A stretch of 64,000 nt of DNA from Octopus sinensis (taxonomy: Eukaryota). The position numbers were made by a program, and so were the translations under genes. The DNA is taken from positions 74,338,001 to 74,402,000 of the forward strand of contig NC_043002.1 in assembly GCF_006345805.1 (NCBI RefSeq). Reading direction: 5' to 3'. Positions 42,991-56,399 of this stretch are shown in pieces (the first letter of the stretch is position 1; each line of letters opens with the position of its first letter). The notes beneath the pieces were generated by a model, which was given only the letters and a program-made list of their open reading frames with translations, was not told where the DNA came from and did not search any database.

Positions 42991-43316
42991 CGATCGTGTC
43001 TGTCGAAATGAGGCAGGCCTTAGAAGTAATCAGGGAAGCCACACTCATAGGGTAGTTGTTAACTATGCATTATACAGCGTTTCTACTCGCAGGTAACGTG
43101 GACAGAATGTGCGTCAGGAGGCGGACTGAAACGTCATATGAGGGGAAGGGGGTCACCAAAACAATGATGTAACACCTACTGCAAGAGGCGCTCATCATTG
43201 ACACATCTGTATAAAAGAGTGTAAGTCTCTGACAGTATGGAAAAACCACATCCGTGCTGCTCGTATTTAAGGGAAAAATGAAACAATGGCGCTGCTCGAA
43301 GTCGCGTTGCATCCAT

Positions 43317-43348
<32 letters not shown>

Positions 43349-43734
43349 TGTATGTATGTATGTATGTATGTATGCATGCATGCATGCATGCATATATGCA
43401 TTCTTTTCTGTGGCGTGTATCATAGTTTGTTCCATTGCAGAATTGAAGCTGCTCACTAATAAACAGACAAGGCATTTTTTTTTTAAAGTGAAGACAGTTC
43501 TTGGAGTTGACGGCTATCTGAATTGGCCAGTGTGTGACTATGCGCGCCCAAGTGTGTGTGTGAGAGTGTGTGTATGTGTGTGTGTGCGTGCGTATGTGTG
43601 TGTGTGTGTTTGCGCGTCTGTCTGTGTTTTGCGTGCGTGTGAAGATAGGTACAAATGAAAATCTATCTTAAGTTTGATAACATACAAAATATCAAAATTA
43701 TATAGCACTCGATACAAATTACAAACAATACATA

Positions 43735-44090
43735 CATACACACGCACACATATACATAGACACATACATACATACATACTTGCATGCATGCATATATACA
43801 TGCATGCATGCATACATACATACATACATACATACATGCATGCATGCTTGCATACATACATGCATGCATGCATGCATACATACATACATACAGGCATGCA
43901 TGCATACATACATACATACATACATACATACATGCATACATACATACATACGTATATACATACATACATACATACATACATACATACATACATACATACA
44001 TACATGCATACATACATACATACGTATATACATACATACATACATACATACATACATACATACATACATACATACATACATACATACACT
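43735..44090. repeat. (CATA)n/(CATG)n microsatellite
   Basis: Direct reading. Confidence 0.95.
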
Positions 44091-44374
44091 TCCGATAACG
44101 AGAGAAAAATGAAGAAATGAGAACAGAACGTGAAAAAATCGATGGTGGAAAAAAAAAACAAAAGCAAATGTAGACTTTAAAGGAATCGATACGTCAACAA
44201 TAGGGAGAAAGAAAAGGGGAGAGGGAAGGGTATGAAAGGAAGAAAGAAAGAAACGAAGAAAAAACAAAGATCGACGGGGAAGCATGTGCATACGTCCGTG
44301 TGCTTTGTCCGCAATTGATCAGGTGAAGGCAGTGACCCAATTCCGTAACGCGTTTAAGATGCTAACTACATCGT

Positions 44375-44584
44375 TTACCGTTTACTTGTTCCAGTCATCT
44401 GACTGTGGCCATGCTGGGGCACCGCCTTGTTGGGTCTTAGTCGAATGAATCGACCCCAGGACTTCTTTTTTTTATTTCAAAAGCCTGGTCTCTTTTGCCG
44501 AACTGCTAATATTACGGAGACGTAAACACACCAACACCGGTTGCCAAGCGGTGGCCGGAGAAAACACAGACACAAACACAAACA

Positions 44585-44624
<40 letters not shown>

Positions 44625-44775
44625 AGGGGGTTCTCCCAGTTCCCGTCTACCAAATCCACTTTGGTCGGGCCGAGGCTATAGTAGAAGACACTTGCCCAAG
44701 ATATCACTCAGTGGGACTGAATCTGGAACCATGTGGTTGGGAAGCAGGCTTCTTACCACACAGCCACGCCTGCGC
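44375..44775 (-). mobile_element. SINE family A
   Basis: Full layout on the minus strand. Confidence 0.85.
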
Positions 44776-45212
44776 ATATATCATGGGTTGGACGGTTTGG
44801 CAGGAGCTGGCAAGGCCAGGAGCCACACCAGGTTCCATAGTATGTTTTGGCATGGTTTCTACAGCTGGATGCCCTTCCTAATGCCACAGAGTGTACTGGA
44901 TGCTTTTTACATAGCACTAGCACTGGTGATTTTTATGTGGCACCAGCACCAACAGGGTCACCAACTAACGTGCCAAACAAAATCCCTCAACTGGGAAGAG
45001 GAGTAGTATTCAGTCGGAGTGGTTTTTGTGCCAGTTGATGAGAGATTAAAAAGTATAGAGGAAAAGGGATAGGCATCTTGATGGAGAATAAATACATGAA
45101 TACCTCAGTTGGGAAAGAAAGGGGGTGAAATTTTAGAGAAAGATCTCATCATCCCTGGCATTCCTCAATGTCAAGAATTTGATTCCATTGAATTTATGGA
45201 TGCGCTTTATGA

Positions 45213-45579
45213 CACGAGTGGTATGAACATGCACCTGAAAAAGTGACTGGGAAACATGAGGTTAAACTTCATTGGGACTTTCCTATCCAAACGTATCATG
45301 TCCTTGAACATAACAAACCAGATATCTTGATGTTTGAGAAGAAAGAATGAACTTGCTACATAACTGACGCGGCCTGTCCATTTGTTACAAGAATAAAAGG
45401 AAAAGAAATCAACAAGGTAGATACATACCAGGACCTGAAGAGAGAAAGAGAGAGAAATAAACAGATTGCAGGGTTGCAGAAAAAGGGAGGTCTTACCAAT
45501 TGTCATTGGAGTCTTAGGAACGACGTGTAAGAGGCTCAAGGAGTGGACAGAAAAGACATCCAAGAGTCAATGCACCTAA
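45213..45579 (+). pseudogene. Restriction-like endonuclease domain fragment of an R4/Dong-like retrotransposon
   Basis: The + frame reads HEWYEHAPEKV..KLHWDFPIQT..LEHNKPDIL..*..ITDAACP...KE.NK..TYQDL...VLPIVIGVLG. Followed by (AAT)n(AGT)n. Confidence 0.8.
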
Positions 45580-45629
45580 ATTCTACCATAGAAGTGAGAT
45601 ACAATTTTTTAAAAGAATAATAATAATAA

Positions 45630-45700
<71 letters not shown>

Positions 45701-46220
45701 ATGCCCTGATGTTGTACTAGACAGTGGCTCTCAGTTTCTGATCTTAACTGACTGGAAGTGTTATCATGTATGAGTATATTGTTTTGTCTTGGTATAAAAG
45801 ACGGGCTACAGCAAATATTCTGCTCAATACCACAGATTTGCTTGTCAGTTGTTTGACCTTAGAGGCTGACGATATGTGCATCTCTGATCAGGAGTAGAAG
45901 TAGTGGGGAAGCATCATAGCCATGTGTTTAGAAAAATTTAGCTCTGTAAACATGGGTGTTTCGTTCAACATCCTTAAACAAGCCTTATTCAAGGGCTTTT
46001 TAAGCGGGATAGACTACTCGACCAGAAGAAAATTCTAACTGGGCCCCACCTGCAAGGTCATGCGCTGTTTATCTTGATATGGGATCACCATGTCGCGCAC
46101 ATATGGTTGCGATGCATGTGCCTGGTGTACCCTTATCAGACGGGTAGTCATGATGGTTATACTGGGCTTCGTATATTTTACCCCAGTGTCACTTTGATGG
46201 CATGCACTGCTCTCTCACTC
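45701..46220. mobile_element. Repeat family E
   Basis: Homologous to 32241-32793 with internal deletions. Flanked by (AGT)n and (AAT)n. Confidence 0.85.
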
Positions 46221-46408
46221 AATAATAATAATAATAATAATAATAAGAAGAAGAAGAAGAAGAAGAAGAAGAGAAGAAGAAGAGGAAGAAGAAGAAGAGA
46301 GAAGAAGAAGAAGAGAAAGAAGAAGAAGAAAAAGGAGGAGGAAGGGGAAGAAGGAAGAGAAGGAAGAGGAGGAAGAGGAGGATAATAATAATAATATAAT
46401 AATAATAA

Positions 46409-46449
<41 letters not shown>

Positions 46450-46534
46450 AGAAGAGAAAGAAGAAGAGAAAGAAGAAGAAGAAAAAGGAGGAGGAAGGGG
46501 AAGAAGGAAGAGAAGGAAGAGGAGGAAGAGGAGG

Positions 46535-46586
<52 letters not shown>

Positions 46587-47684
46587 TAATAATAATGATA
46601 ATAATAATAATAATAATCGATTTCAGTATGTGGCTGGTACGTTATTTATCGAAGTCAGAAAGTTTAAAGACAAAATTGACTTCAGCGGGATTTGAACTTT
46701 GGAGCCGGGACGATTGTCGCAAAGCATCCGATGTTCTAACGACTCCGCCAGTGAACCGCCTACAATTCAATGTTGAATACACATACACACACACACACAC
46801 ACACGCACACAACTTTATTGTATTCGCATTCTTACAACAACCCCATAGTATCATGGTTATTTATGTTATTGCTTCTCTTACATTTTAATTATATTCAACA
46901 AAAAGTTGTAGTTATCATCGTGGACCTCCTCCTCCTCCTCCTCATCATCATCATCATCATCACCATCATCATCATCGTCATCGCTGTAGTGGCACTCTTT
47001 TCCTCATCTTCCTTATCGTTAACATCATCGTCCTCATTATCATCATTATAATCCTCATAATCATCATTATAATCCTCATAATCATCGACATCAACACCAA
47101 CCAACCAACCAACCATACAAGCAAACAAATAGCAGCCACCACCACCACCACTAACAACAACAACAACGATAAATACAAACAACAAAGTAATAGCACCATA
47201 CTCCTTAACCCTATCTCTGTTTTGTCTATGACAGTTCATTGAGTAATATGATGCTTTTTTGCGGCATAGAAATACTCAGATTTGATTTCTAATGAGAGCA
47301 GTCTTTCACAACTGGTTTAATATATTAAAACAACAATTTCTGCTTATTGTCATCAAAGATATATCGGCCTACCTGCCGTGTTTTAATTAGAAGAGCTATT
47401 TCATTGCCAGCCTTTGTTCGCCGGATTACTTTAAGGAGTCAATTCATTACGGCAGCCATTTTTCTATGCTATCTTCTACTTTTTACAAGTTATTATTCTG
47501 GTTCCAATACGACATTAATCAGACCGCGTAAATGGAAAGACCAACATCAAACACTGACACCAAAATGAGATATTAAGGTCATACAGCATCAGCCAGCTTA
47601 GCTTTTCCTGAATTGGGGAGGGGAAAAAAAAACAGAAAAAGAAAAAGAAAAAAAAACAACTATGGTACAAGCATGGTTTTCAGG

Positions 47685-48063
47685 TTAAAAAGCTAGGCTT
47701 TGCAACCACGTTGTTTCAGCTTCGGTCCTACTGCGCGGCACACATTGAGCAAGTGCCTTCTGTTTTAGCTTCGGGCCGACCAATGCCTTGTGAGTGAATT
47801 TGGTAGACGAAAACTGTGTGGAAGCCTGTCGAATATATATATATATATATATACAGACATATACATTCATGCATGTGTGTGTGTGTGTATGTGTGTGAGT
47901 GTGTAGTGTTAGTGTGTGTCTTTGTATATGTGTGTCTTTGTATTTGCCCTCACTACTGCTTGACAGCCGGTATTGGTTTGTTTACACCTCCGTGACTTAC
48001 CGCTTCACGGCAAAACAGACCGACAGATTTTAAATTATATATATATATATATGTGTGTGTGTG

Positions 48064-48105
<42 letters not shown>

Positions 48106-48195
48106 AAAGTCGATTTGTTCGAGTGAAACCCTCCAAGGCGATGCCCTAGGATAATTGCAGTCCTATGACTGAAAATAAAAAGTAAAAGATAAAAG
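47685..48195 (+). mobile_element. SINE family A, diverged
   Basis: Head, core and tail recognisable. Confidence 0.7.
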
Positions 48196-48628
48196 ATACT
48201 TTCTCAATGAACATCAACCACGACCTTTTTTAGTAAACAAAAGCTGACATGAGAAATGATATGTCAAAACGTAATGTTTAGTTGCTGTACTCGGTAACAC
48301 ACCGACAAAATACCCGAGACGTTGGCAAATGAGAATTGAAGTCAGTACACTTATAATGGCGGTTACAAGTGTCAGAGAAAAATCAATGGGAACTTTTCTT
48401 CTCACCCGCATTGAAAAGGGCTAAAGCTGGCGTTGATTCCCCTAATCCAATTCATTAAATATATTGCGTGTGCATGTGTGTATGTGTGTGCGTGCATGTG
48501 TGTGTGTGTGCCTATTTGTGAGGTCTGTTCATACATATCTACAAACATAAATTTAACACATCTACACACACACACACACACACATATACATACTATTATA
48601 TATACATGGTTATGTACACACAATTATA

Positions 48629-48690
<62 letters not shown>

Positions 48691-49442
48691 GTAAAAAATG
48701 AAGTTCGAAAATGCTGCTGTATTATACAATTTTAATTTTTATATATACATTATAACATGTTTCAGTTCCTGAAATGAACCTTATCAAAAAAAGTTATATA
48801 TAAAAAGAGACAGCTCATGCCGTCAAACACAAGAAATTCATTTATAATACACAACGGAGTCAGACATCTTAGAGTTCATGTATAGTTGATATATAGTTCA
48901 TGTATAGTTGATATATAGTTTGAAGTATATGTTCAAAGCGACTGGTCAAGACAGGAAACAAACAAGAGGGAGTTATAATGCAGCGATTGGTCAAAATAAT
49001 GATGACGTCCCGTTCCACTTGGTTAAAGCCACCTAACGAAACGATTGGTCAAAACATTGATGACGTCACGCTACGCTAGATTGACCACCTAACAGGCATT
49101 ATAAAACCGAGCATTTCACAAAAACTCACTAGAACCACCCAGCGAACTTCCACCATGGGTCATCACAATTGCTTAAGGTAAAAATGAATTCTCGCTCTTT
49201 CGGAAACATCAATCTTCTGTATTGACCGCTTTCCACCACTTTGATCTGTTTTTGTATTGAATACGTATCGCCACCGTGGGCCACTGCATCGAACACTTTG
49301 AACATATACTTCAAACTATATATCAACTATACATGAACTATATATCAACTATACATGAACTCTAAGATGTCTGACTCCGTGTGTGTATTATAAATGAATT
49401 TCTTGTGTTTGACGGCATGAGCTGTCTCTTTTTATATATAAC

Positions 49443-49486
49443 TTTTTTTGATAAGGTTCATTTCAGGAACTGAAACATGTTATAAT
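49443..49486 (+). ncRNA. Hammerhead-like motif with U3-A8 core; copies at 54140-54183 (+) and about 48750-48792 (-)
   Basis: TTGATAA, stem II GGTTC/GAACT, GAAA, palindromic ACATGT, U17. Stem I is weak (TTTT/ATAA, one mismatch). Confidence 0.55.
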
Positions 49487-49613
49487 GTATATATAAAAAT
49501 TAAAAATTGTATAATACAGCAGCATTTTCGAACTTCATTTTTTACAATATATACATACTCTATATACGAGCTAATCCTATTATAAATATCATATCACGTA
49601 CGAGCTCCCGAAA

Positions 49614-52600
49614 ATGCCTGCTAAAAAGACACCAACGACATCTCTCAATAAATGAAGAGATACTGAAAGAATTGAAAAGCATAAATTCAAACCTAACAGC
49701 AGTGTTTAAACAAACTCAACTTAACACCTCGACCTTCTACACAAACTAACGAGGAAACCGAATCGAAAAAACACCCTCCGAAATATTCGAGAAAGTTGAA
49801 AATCTATGCGATACAATGACGACATTCTTCACAAACTTTACGAAACAAGAGCAACAAAAAGAAGGAACACATGAGAAGAACCGAGCAACTTCCATTACAA
49901 ATAAAGAACCAAGTCCTCCCCCAATGGAGAACACTACAGCGAAACAGAAAATTCGCTTTTGGAAAATGATACAAAATCAGAATAAAGCAGAGATTTACCA
50001 AAAATGGCTAGACTCAACACCCCTAGTCATACCCCGTAAATTACAAATCAAACCCATCTCGGAAGAACCAGAAGAACAAAGAAAACTTAGAGAAAAAATG
50101 TCATTAGAAAAAATGAAGATGGAAATAGAACTACTTAAGCTGAGAGCTAAAACGAATGAAGAAAAAGTAAAAACCATAGACGAGGAAATCAACGAAGAAG
50201 TCATCAAACTAATAGACGACAACAATACTGAAACATTAACAGCACTATGGAATGAAGAATGTGAAAAAGAGGAACTTAAGTCCCTCCAGCGATGGGAAAA
50301 GAGCGCCATCTGGTTTCTAGATATGAAACCAACTTCAAAAATGAACACATATCCAACAACCCCTTCATAAAATTAAGCAAATCAAAACCAAATACCAATA
50401 GAACGGAACAACCACCAAGAAATCCGACCACACTCTACACCAGAAAAAGTACACCTAAAACACACCCCACACTACCTACACCAACCCCAAAACACCTACA
50501 GAGGCCCCCACACCACAGCAGTTCGAAAATAGACATACCAACAGAGCAGAACAACCACCAAGAATCCAAAAACACTCTACACCAGAAAAATGCATTTAAA
50601 ACGCACCCCACACTACCTACACCAACCCCAAAACACTTATAGGGTCCCACCACACCATTCCACGAACCTAAGAGCCACAACATACAATACTATAAAATAC
50701 AACCCACATAACCAAACCAAAACGCTACTACCAAACATCCACCCCAGGAACAAACCATACAACCATAACAAACAACAAATGCACTACGGAGGACACAACT
50801 ACCAACACAATACACCTGAGGAACTAAGACGTAACACTAGGTTCAACAACAGACTCCAGAACAGAGCACCACAAACTCACTCTGACAATTATAACAACAT
50901 GAGACAGATAAATAATAGCTTTGAACATAACTACACCAACCATTTTTTAGACCCCACACACAGGAACAGGGACACACGATGGCAAAGGACAAACAAAAAG
51001 AAACCTCAGGTAATTAAGATAATCAATCTCTCAAACAAAGAACTTACACCTAACGAAATAAGCATACTCTCCAAAGGACTTAAATTTACACCCACCCCAC
51101 AACGTTCTAATTATTATGAAATGAAAGATGATATTTCGGAATTTTGCAGAAAACTAAGACTCACCGAGGCATTTCAAGACAAACAAATAGAGGAGGACTC
51201 AATAGCTAGAAACAAGAGCAATTACACCCCCACCAAAGGTAAGAATAAAGCCTTAGACCGCTATTGTGACTACATAACTAATTTCCCGTTTCAATTCATC
51301 AAGAAACAAAAACACAGCCCTAACTTCAACAAAAGAGAATGGAACGACCTCATCAAACTAAGAGAAGACAAAACAATAACAATTAAGGAGGCAGATAAGG
51401 GCAACGCGATAGTAATAATGAATACAAACAATTATAAAATTTAGTGCTATCCCTATTAAGAGATGAAACGTATTATGAAAGGGCCCAACAGTATAACCAG
51501 CAAAAAATAATGCATAACCTTAGGACATTATTCAACACATACCAAGAAGGACTCACGAACAAGGAGTATGAATACATCACTAACTTCAAATGCAAATCGA
51601 GTTTGTTCTATGGTATCCCTAAGGTACACAAAAGCAAACCATTAGAGAAACGTGCAAAACATCCACCGACACACTCATCAAAATCCCTTCACCAAATGAT
51701 CTGAAACTAAGACCGATAATAGCAGGGCCAGCATGTGAAACTCACCGCTCAGCAATTTCTAGACACACTTCTTAAACCTTTCCTAAAAAACATAAAGCTA
51801 CGTGAGACGATATAGATATGCTCAACCCCCCTAAAACAGTCAATGAGAAAACCCTTCTAGTATCATTCGACGTAGTTAATCTTTATTCTAAACATCCCTC
51901 ACAACCTAGGAATAGAAGCAATCACCTTCTGGCTGAATAACTACCCCTTTGAACTCCCAACTCGCATAAACAAAGACCTTATAATAGAAGGACTTAGATT
52001 CATTTTAGAGAACAATTATTTATTTTTGACAATGATTTCTACAGGCAAAGATCGGGAACAGCGATGGGCACGCGTACTGCACCATCTTTGCCAACCTAGT
52101 GATGGGATACCTCGAGAAAAATACTAACCGGATGACACTCGAGAAATATGGAAACACCTTCGCCACCTATATCCATAACAACTGGAAAAGATACCTCGAT
52201 GACTGTTTCATCATCTGGGACAAAGGCATAGAGAAACTTGAGGAATTTAAAATTCTATTAAATGGAATAAATGACAATATACAATTCACGATGGACCACA
52301 ACGAAAAAGAATTACCATTTTTAGACATCCTCATTAAGAAAACCGGCAACAAAATAGAGACAGATATCTACTATAAACCGACAGACTCTAAACAGTACCT
52401 ACCCTTTGATTCATGCCCCCACGACACACTAGAATGAATGTCCCTTTTTGTTTAGCTAGAAGGATTTGCACCATAATATCAGACACAAACACCCGACACA
52501 CACGTCTCCAGGAACTTAGAACCACACTCACAAATAGAAACTATCCACAGCCCCTAATAGACAGTGCAATCCAACGGGTACTTAAATTAAGTATAGAAGA

Positions 52601-53261
52601 CCTGAGACAAACAAAACCAAAAAAAAAAGAACAATTAAAAACCTTCCCTACATCTCTACACACAACCCACTCAACAATGAGGCCTTCAACACCATACTAC
52701 AAAGCACAGCCCTACTAAAGGGAGACCCAAAGATGAACCGGATCCTCGAAACACACACCATCATTAAAAGTAAACGGCAACAAAATCCTTGAAAAGGATT
52801 TTAACCCAAGCTACACTGCACTCAACATCAACCACAAAACCAGCAGTTAGAAAATGTGGAAGGCCCAACTGCGGAATCTGTGTCATCTTGAAAGAAGGAT
52901 CAGAATTTATACTGGAACAAGGCCACCAGTTCACCATTAGAACAAACTTCACCTGCGCATCAGAGAAACTTAATTTACGTCATAACATGCGCAGGCTGCA
53001 ATAGGCAGTATATAGGCCATACAAAAAATAGCTTACGTAACAGGATGGCGGTGCATAAATCACAAATTAGAACCCTGATTACCGCAAAATACCGGTCAGC
53101 GGACACATAGATAGATGTGCTGGAAATGTAAATCCGAAATTTACAACTAACCCGCTCTATAATTCAGTGACAACGCAACCTTCACACAACGCCAAAATAA
53201 AGAACTATATTTCATAAAAAACTTTAGACCAACTTTAAACACCCTGGGCCAGGGATACTAA
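49614..53261 (+). pseudogene. PLE polyprotein (long N-terminal region, RT, Cys linker, GIY-YIG) broken by many 1-nt indels
   Basis: IINLSNKELT..LSKGLKF, TIKEADKG, YGIPKVHK, VSFDVVNLY, GTAMGT, RYLDDCF, LPFLDI, CGRPNCGIC, LIYVITCAGC..QYIG. Confidence 0.92.
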
Positions 53262-53428
53262 AACAAAGATAAGTCCTCCGAAAAGGAGAACCAAATTTCA
53301 CCACGGCCGCTACTTCAAACAGACACTCACTCTGACGGAAATATGCCTTAGTAAAAAAGGAAAAAAATTCTTTCGTGCAAATCTGACCCTGATACATACG
53401 ATACAGCTAAGGGTCAGACCCGATTCTG

Positions 53429-53805
53429 ATTGGTCAACAAGTTGATGACGTCTAGCTCTGCTAGAATGGACAGGATACAAACAGGGGACAGTCATTAGTC
53501 AGAATATTGATGACGTCCTTTTCTGCTTGAATAGTCACCTAACAAGTACAGACAGGGGGCAGATCTAATGTAGCTATAAGTCGTGATTGGGCAGAATCTG
53601 GATGACGTCCCGCTATGCTTGACTAACGAAAGACGACTGTCAAGACAGGAAACAAACAAGAGGGAGTTATAATGCAGCGATTGGTCAAAATAATGATGAC
53701 GTCCCGTTCCACTTGGTTAAAGCCACCTAACGAAACGATTGGTCAAAACATTGATGACGTCACGCTACGCTAGATTGACCACCTAACAGGCATTATTTAA
53801 AACCG
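53429..53805 (+). promoter_or_regulatory. pLTR promoter-like array: five ATTGG-N12-TGACGTC modules and a TATA-like box (the last two modules are also at 48986-49106)
   Basis: Modules start near 53429, 53494, 53586, 53680 and 53738, and all have a 12-nt spacer (one reads ATTAG). TATAAAA at 49100. Confidence 0.6.
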
Positions 53806-54280
53806 AGCATTTCACAAAAACTCACTAGAACCACCAGCGAACTTCCACCATGGGTCATCACAATTGCTTAAGGTAAAAATGAATTCCTCGCTCTTTCGGA
53901 AAACATCAATCTTCTGTATTGACCGCTTTCCACCACTTTGATCTGTTTTTTGTATTGAATACGTATCGCCACGTGGGCCACTGCATCGAACACTTTGAAC
54001 ATATACTTCAAACTATATATCAACTATACATGAAACTATATATCAACTATACATGAACTCTAAGATGTCTGACTCCGTTGTGTATTATAAATGAATTTCT
54101 TGTGTTTGATGGCATGAGCTGTCTCTTTTTATATATAACTTTTTTTGATAAGGTTCATTTCAGGAACTGAAACATGTTATAATGTATATTTAAAAATTAA
54201 AAATTGTATAATACAGCAGCATTTTCGAACTTCATTTTTTACAAATATATACCTACTCGTATACGAGCTAATCCTATTAT

Positions 54281-54339
<59 letters not shown>

Positions 54340-54634
54340 ATATACGCATATATATGTGGATATATGTATATCTTTAGATCTTTAGTACAAGATTAATCCG
54401 TTGTCTGTCTTGTTTGTCCTCTGTGTTTAGCCCCTGTGTGTAGTAAAGAAATAGGTATTTCGTCTGTATTTATGTTCTGAGTTCGAATTCCGCCGAGGTC
54501 GACTTTGTGTTTCATCCTTTCGAGGTCTATAAATTAACTACCAGTTGCGTACTGGGGTCGATCTAATCGACTGGCCCCCTCCCCACAAAAGCAAAACCAA
54601 CGACACACAATACATGCATATATATGTATATATG

Positions 54635-54690
<56 letters not shown>

Positions 54691-54877
54691 ATAATATATA
54701 TTATATATATATTATATATATATACATATACGACGGGTTCTTTCAGTTTCCTTCTCACAAAGATTTGGTCGCACCGAGGCAGAAGACACTTGCCCAAGAT
54801 GGGTGCCACGCAGGGGGACCGAGCCTGGAACCATGTGGTTTGGATGCAAGCTTTTTATCACACAGCTCTCCTGCGCC

Positions 54878-54922
<45 letters not shown>

Positions 54923-55158
54923 CACACACACACACATATTATATATATATATATATATATATAATTATATATATATATTATATATATATATAATATATAT
55001 ATATTAACACGCACACAAAATATGGGTGGGGTTAGTTCACAGGTGATCTAAACGACTAGGTACACCAGGTAAGTGCTGTAACGGATTACCAGGGCTCCAA
55101 GGTCATAGCCAAGACGGCAATTATGGAACCAGTGTAGATTACAGAAATAGCGGATATA

Positions 55159-55616
55159 GAATTGTTAAAGAGGATAACAAACATTAAGACAAGACAAACA
55201 TCTCAAGTCACATACATTATTATTAGTGGAAACATTCAAAGTTTTACAGCTGTTCCTGGGATATCCATGGATATTTACACTATTAAAGCTATAACCATAC
55301 ATGGATTTACACAGGATTGGACCTAAGGACTTATGGACTAACATCTACACTATCGGAAAGTTGAACTGTGAACTTTTATGCTTCTTTTTTCTTCTTTTTC
55401 TTCATTTCTTTATTCCCTTTCTCATGTACTCTATGACATCGTTCCATTAATTTACACCCCTCACATTTTCCCTATTTGTCTCCGACGATGGAATATCCCA
55501 TACTTTGGGATATCTCAGAAACAGCTGTAAGACTGAATTTTTTTTCCCAATCATAATAATAACTTATATGACTTGAAATGTTTGTTTTGCCTTAACGTTT
55601 GTTGTCCTCTTTCAGA

Positions 55617-55619
<3 letters not shown>
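55159..55619. mobile_element. Older inverted-repeat pLTR-like relic
   Basis: About 55159-55275 is an imperfect reverse complement of about 55492-55619, and both arms include (G)AAACAGCTGTA-like sequence. Confidence 0.6.
55478..55533 (+). ncRNA. Hammerhead motif with a U4C change (probably inactive)
   Basis: Stem I GTCT/AGAC, core CCGACGA, 12-bp stem II with one mismatch, GAAA, palindromic ACAGCTGT, GUA site. Confidence 0.65.
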
Positions 55620-55663
<44 letters not shown>

Positions 55664-56399
55664 ACACACACCACACACACACTCACACACACACACACAC
55701 ACACACACATACAAATGTGTGTAACTGTTTCTTAAGAGTTGACAAATAAGATGCGAAACAGAAGACTACAACCTAGAAAGACGATACTCATTTACTTGAC
55801 ATTTTACAAAGAGACCTCGGACAGCACAGTTTGTTTAAGTACTACATTGAAATTAAACTCTAATTATATATTCTAATAACGATTTTTTTCCCTTTTACCT
55901 AATGTATTAATAACATAGATTAAACTATTGCAAGAGGACTGATTTTAAAGAACCCATTAGAATATTAATGAAGTAAAATACACGTATTACATCTATCAGT
56001 CAAATCCAATTTATTTTTCTGAGTGATTTCCCCCTTTATTTGTAGCTGTAGAGTGGAATATGAAAAGTTTCTAATACAATAAATGGTAGAAATAAATCTA
56101 TCTCTAACATATGAATGCAAAATGTTATTGCGTTGTTATTTAATTTCCGCCATGTTTGACTTTTGTCTTCCCTCCCGGGTTCGATGAGATAAGTACTAGT
56201 ATTGAGGGTCGATATAATCGATTGTTATCTCCATCTTCAATTTTATGGCTTTAACGTCAATGCTATAAAATATTTAATCTATATCTTAAACGAACCAGTG
56301 CGCTCGCCGTTGTCATGACTTCGACTATACAGACATAGAGTCTATCTCGAAACTATAGGCCCATTAGGCTGAAGTTTAACCCCGTTTTAAGTGACTAAG

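Larger units (their letters stand above)
48682..54283 (+). mobile_element. Penelope-like element 2 (Neptune-like), apparently full length: inverted pLTR end, partial pLTR, ORF, full pLTR; inserted in (TA)n
   Basis: 48682-48938 is the reverse complement of 49296-49552. 48939-49586 is a direct repeat of 53634-54283. (TA)n on both flanks. Confidence 0.95.

Noticed and set aside
45340-45360. In-frame TGA in retroelement ORFs as possible selenocysteine (reported for some Naiad PLEs)
   Set aside because: The stops sit in decayed copies alongside frameshifts and other stop codons, not at evident Cys positions, and I saw no SECIS.
46232-46600. Higher-order duplication of about 150 bp in a compound (AAT)/(AAG)/(GAG) tract
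   Set aside because: Ordinary slippage or unequal crossover in simple repeats.
49160-49613. Possible intron in the PLE2 leader (AAG|GTAAAA donor)
   Set aside because: No convincing polypyrimidine tract and AG acceptor before the ATG.
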